A stretch of DNA of 63,127 nucleotides, filler included, from an uncultured bacterium (GTDB lineage: Bacteria > CAYJRR01): assembly GCA_964372275.1 (NCBI GenBank). It is 5 parts of 5 records of this genome, joined end to end, with 100 filler letters (N's around TTAATTAATTAA, not from the genome) between each part and the next. Parts side by side here need not be neighbours in the genome. Positions count along the whole stretch, not along the records: positions 54,199 to 63,127 come from CAYJRR010000159.1; 4 more parts are not named here. One strand, 5' to 3'. The translations under genes were made by a program, and so were the position numbers. This document shows, piece by piece, positions 56,537-63,127 of this stretch. Under the pieces are notes generated by a model that saw nothing but the letters and a program-made list of their open reading frames with translations, was not told where the DNA came from and did not search any database. How positions within the stretch are numbered: position 1 is the first letter of the stretch; each line of letters starts with the position of its first letter.

Positions 56537-57706
56537 ATGCGGTGGCGGCTCCTCCTGCTCATGACCGGCCTCCTCCCCGCGTGCCGGGATGGCGGCGGGG
56601 GCGGGGGCGACGACGCCGACCCGCTCACGCGGATCGAGCCGGGACCGAAGTCGACGCTCAGCGTCGGAAACGAGTCGGGCCAGGACGAGGATCCGAGCCT
56701 GCTGGTGGCCGCCGACGGCTCGCTGCACGCCGCGTGGTATTCGAATCGGAACGGTACGCTCCCCTCGGGGCAGGAGGACAAGGAGGTCTTCCTCGTCTCC
56801 TCCTACGACGGTAGGACCTGGACGGAACCGGCGCAGGTCACCTCGGGCGCGGGGTTCGCCTTCTATCCGAGCCTGGCGCAGAGCGACGACGGCGACTTCC
56901 ACGTGGCGTGGTTCGAACGGACGCTGCTCCCCTACGGATGCAATCCGTCGGTCGACTGTTTCGGGCACGAGAACCGCATCCTCTACAAGCGCACCGCCGA
57001 TCCGGCGTCGTGGCTCACCTCCGCGGCGGAGACGGTCACCCTCGGTCCGGGCGACTGGCTCCCGTCGCTGGTCCACGACCGGGCCGGCGATCGGATGCTC
57101 GCCTACTTCGCGGCGATCGCGCGCGACGACGACGGGGACCCGACCCTGAGCGAGACGCGCACCCGCCTGTTCGTGTCGGTGAAAACGCGCGGTGGGTCGT
57201 GGGGCGCGCCGACGTTGCTCGCCGGAGTGAACGACGCCGATCACCACAACACCTATCCGTTCGTCCTCCAGGACGGCAGCGGCGCCTTCTGGCTGGTCTG
57301 GACGCGATACCCGGCGACGTCCGGAAACGACATCCTGCAGGTGATCGTCGAGCCCGCAACCGACACGCTCTTCGCGACCTCGACCGACGGAATCTCCTGG
57401 ACGGCCCCGGTGATGACCAGCGACAGCGGCGCCGGTCCGGCGACCGACGTCTTCCCGACGATCTTCGTCGACCGCGAGGAGGGATCGAAGCATGTCGCCT
57501 GGCTCACCACCGACTTCGTCGACTCCGGGAGCACCGTGGAAATCTTCGCCGGGGGTACCTATCCCGACGCCGCCGTCGCTCGACCGGAGATCGAGGGCTA
57601 CACCGGAAAGATCGTGGAGACCGCGACGCCGGGCGTCTTCTGGGGGGCGTGGGTCGGCGGCGACGACCCGACCCAGAAGATCGAACATCGCTTCTTCACT
57701 CGCTGA
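56537..57706 (+). CDS. BNR/Asp-box beta-propeller lipoprotein (sialidase-like)
   Basis: LPAC lipobox, SYDGRTW and STDGISW Asp-boxes. Confidence 0.65.
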   Translation: MRWRLLLLMTGLLPACRDGGGGGGDDADPLTRIEPGPKSTLSVGNESGQDEDPSLLVAADGSLHAAWYSNRNGTLPSGQEDKEVFLVSSYDGRTWTEPAQVTSGAGFAFYPSLAQSDDGDFHVAWFERTLLPYGCNPSVDCFGHENRILYKRTADPASWLTSAAETVTLGPGDWLPSLVHDRAGDRMLAYFAAIARDDDGDPTLSETRTRLFVSVKTRGGSWGAPTLLAGVNDADHHNTYPFVLQDGSGAFWLVWTRYPATSGNDILQVIVEPATDTLFATSTDGISWTAPVMTSDSGAGPATDVFPTIFVDREEGSKHVAWLTTDFVDSGSTVEIFAGGTYPDAAVARPEIEGYTGKIVETATPGVFWGAWVGGDDPTQKIEHRFFTR

Positions 57707-57730
57707 CGGCGTGGCGCGTAGGATCGGGCG

Positions 57731-58099
57731 ATGAAAACGGGACAGGTCGCGATCGTCGGGGTGGTCGTCGTCGCCGGCGGGCTGTGGGGGCGGGTCGCGC
57801 TGCGCGAGCAGTCGTTCCGGAGCGACGTGCAGGCGGCGATCAAGGTCGGCAACGACGTCGACGCCGCGGGCGCGGGGAAGCGGATCGAGGCGAGCGCGTC
57901 GTCGCGCCGCTACCAGGTGAAGGCGCTCGAGGTCCGGTTCGAGGACTTCATGAACGGCTGCCGCAACTCGGCGAAGGTCGACTACAGCCGGCCGCGGGCC
58001 TTCGGCGGACGGAAGACGGTCCACTACGAGCACTCGCTCTTCCAGCTCGCCGACTCGGTCACGACGCTGAACTGCCGCACGTCGACGTACGCGCGCTGA
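57731..58099 (+). CDS. Hypothetical protein with N-terminal membrane anchor
   Basis: Hydrophobic N-terminus, host-like codon usage. Confidence 0.55.
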   Translation: MKTGQVAIVGVVVVAGGLWGRVALREQSFRSDVQAAIKVGNDVDAAGAGKRIEASASSRRYQVKALEVRFEDFMNGCRNSAKVDYSRPRAFGGRKTVHYEHSLFQLADSVTTLNCRTSTYAR

Positions 58100-58113
58100 T
58101 CCTCGGGAGCGCC

Positions 58114-58602
58114 ATGGGCTCGATCGCGATCCGGATCGTCGGCCACGCGCGCACGCCGTGGATCCGGCGCGAGCAGGCGCCGCACCAGCCGGAGGCGGCG
58201 CCGGACGCGGAAGCGGTGCTGGAGATCGATCCCGAGTACCGGAAGGCGCTGCACGACCTCGACACCTTCGACCGCGTGTGGGTGATCTTCCTCTTCGACC
58301 GGAGCGAAGGATGGACCGCCCGCGTGAAGCCGCCCCGCGGCGGCCCCAAGCGCGGACTGTTCGCCACGCGCGCCCCGCACCGCCCGTCCCCGATCGGGCT
58401 CACCTGCGCGGCGCTCGACTCGGTCGACGTCGACGGGGGCCGGGTGCGCGTTCGCGGCGTCGACCTCCTCGACGGCACGCCGATCCTCGACCTGAAACCG
58501 TACCTCCCGCGCGTCGACGCCTGGCCCGACGCCGGACACGGCTGGCTCGAGCCCTACCTCCGCGCCGGCGTCGATCCCCGCCTCCGCCGGCCGCGACGCT
58601 GA
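58114..58602 (+). CDS. trmO: tRNA m6t6A37 methyltransferase TrmO/TsaA family
   Basis: RGLFATRAPHRPSPIGL, GVDLLDGTPILDLKPY. Confidence 0.88.
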   Translation: MGSIAIRIVGHARTPWIRREQAPHQPEAAPDAEAVLEIDPEYRKALHDLDTFDRVWVIFLFDRSEGWTARVKPPRGGPKRGLFATRAPHRPSPIGLTCAALDSVDVDGGRVRVRGVDLLDGTPILDLKPYLPRVDAWPDAGHGWLEPYLRAGVDPRLRRPRR

Positions 58603-58627
58603 CCGTCGAGCGACGCTGCGCCCGCCG

Positions 58628-59674
58628 TCAGACGCGCATTCGGAGGCGGCGCTCGAGGTCCGCGACAGGCAGCGCGGCCTCGCCTCGCTCCGCCGCCTTG
58701 AGCAGGCGCCAGATCTGCTGGCCGAGGACGTCGATCGAGGTGTTGGCGTACTGCTCCCCGCAGAAGCGCCGCACGTTGTCGGTCTGGTGGGCGAGGATCG
58801 CGGCGTCCTGGTGGAAGATGCGCATCGCGAACGGCGTGAACAGGCGCAGCAGCGCCGACGGCACCGGCAGGCGAAGGCAGAGGACCGCGTAGAACCGCGT
58901 CTCGGCCTCGGTCACCGGGGTCATCACCGTGGTGACCAGGAAGTGGCTGGGGCCGAGGCGGTACTCCACCTGGGCGATCGACGGGAGGAGGAACCGATCG
59001 ACGTGCTGGACGATCCCACCCTGCGGCGCGAGGAGCCGCGCGACCAACCCGGGGGGCCGCGGTTCGCCGACGTACTCCGCCTCGATCCCGCAGGCGGCGC
59101 GCCTCACGATCACCTCGATCTCGGTCTCCTTGCGGCGCGTGCGGAACAGTCCGCCGTGCAGGAAGGCGGTGTGGGGCACGTCGAGCGCGTTCTCCAGCGC
59201 GGCGTGCAGGCTCGCGCGGACGGTGAGCTCCCGGCGGATCACGACGTACGACCGATCGTCGACGCGCGGGATCCGGTACGGCTCGGTCGACGGATCGACG
59301 TCCGGCGTGGAGTGAACCCAGACGTAGCCGTCCCGCTCCCGCGCCGCCCAGCGCGAGGCGCGTTGGGCCTTGCGGTCGAGAGGCTCGCAGGATCCGGGAA
59401 CCGCGACGCAGGCCCCCGATCCGTCGAAGCGCCAACCGTGGTAGGCGCACTCCAGCTCGCGATCGCGAACCCGACCGAGCGAGAGCGGCACATTTCGGTG
59501 TGGACACCGGTCGACCAGCGCCGCCGGGCCGGAGGCCGACCGGAACAGCGCCAGCGGCGTCCCCAGGACCGTCCGCGCGATCGGCCGATCCTTCACCTCG
59601 TCGGAGCGGCAGGCGATGAACCAGTGGTCGGGAATCCGGACCACCGAGTAGTGCCCCTCGGACGGCGTCGTCAT
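58628..59674 (-). CDS. Rieske non-heme iron oxygenase alpha subunit (VanA-like)
   Basis: DRCPHR, CAYHGW, ENALDVPHTAFLH, QD. Confidence 0.88.
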   Translation of the reverse strand: MTTPSEGHYSVVRIPDHWFIACRSDEVKDRPIARTVLGTPLALFRSASGPAALVDRCPHRNVPLSLGRVRDRELECAYHGWRFDGSGACVAVPGSCEPLDRKAQRASRWAARERDGYVWVHSTPDVDPSTEPYRIPRVDDRSYVVIRRELTVRASLHAALENALDVPHTAFLHGGLFRTRRKETEIEVIVRRAACGIEAEYVGEPRPPGLVARLLAPQGGIVQHVDRFLLPSIAQVEYRLGPSHFLVTTVMTPVTEAETRFYAVLCLRLPVPSALLRLFTPFAMRIFHQDAAILAHQTDNVRRFCGEQYANTSIDVLGQQIWRLLKAAERGEAALPVADLERRLRMRV

Positions 59675-59684
59675 CGCCGAGCCG

Positions 59685-60011
59685 CTACCAGACCGACGGG
59701 AAGACCGGATCCTTCCCGCGGCGGGCGCTGGCCACGTCGAGCGCGCGCCAGTCGTCGGCGGAAAGCTCCTGCACGCGCTTGAAGCCGTGCTGGGTCAAGG
59801 TCCCGGCGAGAAGCCGCGCGCGGGCCGGGTCGCGACGGCTGTAGGTCACGAGCAACGCTTCGCGCGGAAGCCCGCGCAGGAACGGCGGAACCTCCTCCGG
59901 CGCGACGCGGCGCGATCCGTCCTTCTCCCGGACCCAGACGTCNNNNNNNNNNAAGATGACCTGCCGACCCTCCTTGATCCACCCACGGACGGACTCCAAT
60001 GCGACGGGCAC
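59685..60011 (-). CDS. Possible rhodanese-like small protein containing a 10-N gap
   Basis: QVI...DV, LLVTY, A..L...GFKRVQEL; no catalytic Cys seen. Confidence 0.4.
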   Translation of the reverse strand: MPVALESVRGWIKEGRQVIXXXXDVWVREKDGSRRVAPEEVPPFLRGLPREALLVTYSRRDPARARLLAGTLTQHGFKRVQELSADDWRALDVASARRGKDPVFPSVW

Positions 60012-60110
60012 GACTCACCTCGTGAACAATTCTCTGGCTGACCGCGCGGCGGCACGGCACTGTAGGTTTTCTCGCGGCCGCCACCGGCGCGGCCGCCGGG
60101 AGTATACGCC

Positions 60111-60713
60111 ATGATCCACCGTGGAGATCGATTCGCGCCCGTGTTCGTCGCCGCGGCCGTGTTCCTGTCCGGCGCAACGGCGCGGGCGGAGGGGTTCGGC
60201 GCCGCGTCGACGACGCGACTCGGCGCACCGGTCCGGAGCTACGCGAACTTCCGGCTCGGCGCATCGAGCACCACCGGGAGCGGCCGTCCGTCGATGTGCT
60301 TGGAGCTCGGGCCCCTCGCCTGGTTGAGCGTCGACGCGTGCGGGACGGGCAGCGGATTCCTGCACCACGAGGACTCGCCGGAGGTCGCTCACTTCCTCGC
60401 CAAGGTCCGCGTCGCCAAGCTCCGCGCCCGCGGCGCGATCCTCGAGCCCCACCTCAACGTCGGCTTCGCAGAATTGCAGGTCGGCGAGGACTCGCCGGGG
60501 TTCGACTTCCGCGGGACCGGCCCGGACGAGGTCGAAACCGCCGGCGCCGAGTTCGGGACCTCCCTGCGGCTGCTCTCGCCGCTCGGCCGCCGGTTGGAGA
60601 TGGTCGGTGAGCTGTCCGTAAGCCTCGCCTACCTGCCCCACGCCCCCGAGCTCGCGCGGCCGCAAGACGCCTGGCAACCGATGGCCGCGGTCAGCGCCGG
60701 CGTCGGCTTCTGA
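60111..60713 (+). CDS. Hypothetical secreted small beta-barrel protein
   Basis: Signal peptide ARA-E, terminal GVGF. Confidence 0.6.
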   Translation: MIHRGDRFAPVFVAAAVFLSGATARAEGFGAASTTRLGAPVRSYANFRLGASSTTGSGRPSMCLELGPLAWLSVDACGTGSGFLHHEDSPEVAHFLAKVRVAKLRARGAILEPHLNVGFAELQVGEDSPGFDFRGTGPDEVETAGAEFGTSLRLLSPLGRRLEMVGELSVSLAYLPHAPELARPQDAWQPMAAVSAGVGF

Positions 60714-60716
60714 CGC

Positions 60717-61439
60717 CTACATCTGGTGGCCGCCGTTGATGCGGAGGACCTCGCCGGTGGTGAAGCTCGACGCGACGGGCGAGAGGAGGAAGGCGATCCC
60801 CCAGGCGATCTCGTCGGGCCGGCCGAATCGCCCGGACGGGATCTCGGCGACGATCCGCTCGCGCACCCGGTCGGGGACGTCGCGCAGCATGTCGGTTTCG
60901 ACGAATCCGGGGGAGACGACGTTGACGCGCACGCCGGCGCGCGCCGTTTCGCGGGCGAGCGCCTTCCCCAAACCGACGAGCGCCCCCTTGCTCGCGGCGT
61001 AGTTCGCCTGCCCGACGTTTCCGCGCTCGCCGACGATCGACGCGACCAGCACGATCGCCCCCTCGCCTCGCCCCTGCATACGCGGGAGGGTCGGACGAAG
61101 CGTGTGGTAGACGCCGTGGAGGTTGGTCTCGATCACCTCGCGCCAGCTCTCCGGCGGCATCTTCCCGAAGAGACGGTCGCGCGTGATCCCGGCATTGGCG
61201 ACCACGCCGAAGATCGGACCGACCTCCCGCTCGATCCGGTCGACGGCACGGTCCATGCCCTCGGCGTCGGTGACGTCGGCGGCAATGGCCCGGATCCCCT
61301 CCGCCTCCCGACCGGAGGGGGGCCGGCGGCACACCGCGGCGACGCGCGCCCCCAGGGCCGCGAGGCGCGCCGCCGTCGCCGCGCCGATTCCGCGATTGCC
61401 GCCGGTGACCAGGACGACCCGGCCTTCGAGTCCCAGCAT
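60717..61439 (-). CDS. SDR oxidoreductase, acetoacetyl-CoA reductase/FabG-like
   Basis: TGGNRGIG, NAGITRD, GQANYAASK, PGFVETDM, INGG. Confidence 0.88.
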   Translation of the reverse strand: MLGLEGRVVLVTGGNRGIGAATAARLAALGARVAAVCRRPPSGREAEGIRAIAADVTDAEGMDRAVDRIEREVGPIFGVVANAGITRDRLFGKMPPESWREVIETNLHGVYHTLRPTLPRMQGRGEGAIVLVASIVGERGNVGQANYAASKGALVGLGKALARETARAGVRVNVVSPGFVETDMLRDVPDRVRERIVAEIPSGRFGRPDEIAWGIAFLLSPVASSFTTGEVLRINGGHQM

Positions 61440-61532
61440 TGCCCACCTCCCGCGTGAGGACGGTGCTCCGCCCCGCGCCGACGGCACCGGCGCACCTTCC
61501 GCACGGGTGCCGATCGCCGTACCCTTCCGCGA

Positions 61533-62624
61533 ATGCGAGCCCGGACCCTCGTCGCCGTGGCGGCCCTTTTCGCGCGTCCCGCCTTCGCACAGGAGGGGAA
61601 CGAGCGGGCGGCGCGACTGGCGGCGGCGAACGGCGATGCCAAGGCGGCGCTCGCGTACGTGCAGCGGCAGGCCGCGACGATCCGCGACCCCGCGCTCCGG
61701 CGGGCGGTGCAGGAGATCCTCGCCGATCCGGTCCCGACGTTCCTCGCCACCTATCCGGACGTCCCCTCGCGCGAGGCCGCCCGGCAAGCGTTGGTGTCGA
61801 CGGGCCTTCTCCCGCCGGAAACGACCGTCGACGCGCTCTTCCCGCCGGTCGCCGACAAGGGCCCGGCGCGGCCGACCTTCCTCGCGGCGCCGGGCGGCAC
61901 GCCGGATCTGCATCACGCCTACCCGGGCGGACTTCCGGTCCACACCGCCTTCAACCTTCGGGCGGCGCTCGCGCTGGAGGAGAACTACAGGCACAGCTAC
62001 AAGATCGCACTTCGTCGCGATTTCGTCCTCGCCGCCCCGATCCTTCACGACGCCTTCAAGGCGTGGGTGCTCCAGTGGAAGGCCGACGGCTCGCTCACGC
62101 ACCAGGCGAAGGTGGCGGGAACGGCGTCGCATCATCCGATGATCGCCGCCGAGGCGCTGCACCGCGGACTTCCGCCGGAATTCGTCATCGCGCTCGCGTC
62201 GGCGCACGATCCGCCCGGGGGCGCGTCGGAACCGATCGTCGTCGGTTACCTGCGCGCCGCGGCGATCGTGGCGAAGGTCGACCCGGTGGAGATCGGCCTG
62301 CTCGTGCGGAAGGGGAACGGTTTCGCGCTCCCGTCGATGCCCGGATTCGAGGCGACGATCAATCACCTCTCCGACCACGACTACGTCCTGACCGACCCGG
62401 CGAGCCGGCTCGTCGCCGACGCGCTCGTCCGCATCGGCCGCGCGACCCCGGGAGGGGAGTCGTTCGATGACGCGCGGCTACGCTGGATGCGGCTCCGCAT
62501 CCAGTCCCGCATCCCGGGGATGCGCCTCTACCATTGGCTGCGCGAAGGCGGCGACGAGGGCCTCCGGAAGGAGCTCGCCCGCGCGAAGGTCCCGCTCGTC
62601 GACCCCTCCGACGCCTCTCCCTGA
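61533..62624 (+). CDS. Secreted HD-domain metal-dependent phosphohydrolase-like protein
   Basis: Signal peptide AFA-QE, HHAYPGGL..HT, LHD, HH, SAH, SDHD. Confidence 0.65.
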   Translation: MRARTLVAVAALFARPAFAQEGNERAARLAAANGDAKAALAYVQRQAATIRDPALRRAVQEILADPVPTFLATYPDVPSREAARQALVSTGLLPPETTVDALFPPVADKGPARPTFLAAPGGTPDLHHAYPGGLPVHTAFNLRAALALEENYRHSYKIALRRDFVLAAPILHDAFKAWVLQWKADGSLTHQAKVAGTASHHPMIAAEALHRGLPPEFVIALASAHDPPGGASEPIVVGYLRAAAIVAKVDPVEIGLLVRKGNGFALPSMPGFEATINHLSDHDYVLTDPASRLVADALVRIGRATPGGESFDDARLRWMRLRIQSRIPGMRLYHWLREGGDEGLRKELARAKVPLVDPSDASP

Positions 62625-62630
62625 AGCGGG

Positions 62631-63060
62631 CTACTCCTCGCCGTCGAGGTAGTCGACCTGGTCCTTGGCGCGGAAGATGTAGCGCTTGCGGTCGGGGCCG
62701 AGGCCGATCGACGAGATCACCTTCTTCGAGTGGGGATACTCGACGACGTCGGCGCCGGCGGTGTTGACCGAGAAGGCCAGGTAGACGAACGACTCCGGGC
62801 CGTCGTTGACCAGCTGGTGCGCCGGTCCGCTCACCGGGAAGGCGACGTAGTCCCCCGGACCGATCGCCGTCTCTCCGTCCGGCGTGCGCACCTTCGCCCG
62901 GCCGGAGAGGACGTAGAGCGCCTCCTCGGTGACGTGGTGGACGTGCATCGGGAACGACGTCTTGCCCGGCGGGAGCTCCCACATCCCGGCCTGCAGCTTG
63001 GTCTCGGCGGGCGACAGCCCCTTCCGGCGGTTCGAGAACTTCCCGCGGTCGAGCGCCTTG
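62631..63060 (-). CDS. Cupin domain protein; true 5' end obscured
   Basis: PMHVHHVTEEALYVLSG, GDYVAFP, AHQL.N. Confidence 0.85.
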
Positions 63061-63093
63061 TCCAGGCGGCCTCCTTTTCCTAGCACTATACAT

Positions 63094-63126
63094 ACTCTCT
63101 GTTTCCCTACTCGACGATCTTCAGAT
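63094..63126 (+). other. Degenerate Illumina adapter (artefact)
   Basis: TTTCCCTAC(T)CGACG(A)TCTTC(A)GAT versus adapter TTTCCCTACACGACGCTCTTCCGAT. Confidence 0.8.
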
Positions 63127-63127
63127 G

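Overview
This window is high-GC bacterial DNA. The gene content (FG-GAP/PEGA lipoproteins, Ser/Thr kinases, FHA-cyclases, sigma54 systems, minor type IV pilins, Kdo genes) suggests a diderm Myxococcota/Deltaproteobacteria-like genome bin; that taxonomy is inferred. It is not one locus. Four 100-nt N/TTAATTAATTAA linkers join five separate contigs (1-13830, 13931-27308, 27409-40754, 40855-54098, 54199-end), and Illumina adapter remnants are present. Contig 1: cpoB-like, LysM, PQQ sugar dehydrogenase, two FG-GAP adhesins, and boxR/boxC/boxB without boxA. Contig 2: DAG kinase, GNAT, Ddl-like ligase, and kdsB-pyrG-kdsA with two diheme cytochrome genes inserted. Contig 3: phoU tail, phoB-like regulator, porin, TMTC-like glycosyltransferase, a histidine kinase with an in-frame amber codon, vapBC, a sigma54 activator and a Cys-rich fimT-pilV-pilW-pilX-pilY1 operon with a sigma54 promoter. 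Contig 4: PilT-like fragment, hydrolases, Usp, Ser/Thr kinase, PEGA protein, FHA-GAF-adenylate cyclase and rtcA. Contig 5: cyclase, lipoproteins, trmO, Rieske oxygenase, SDR, secreted HD protein and cupin. The most unusual signals are a dispersed AT-rich heptamer-built hairpin repeat that supplies stop codons or N-termini to unrelated genes, the amber-interrupted pilus-regulating kinase, and a 12-bp inverted repeat that gives two divergent genes identical MAHL starts.
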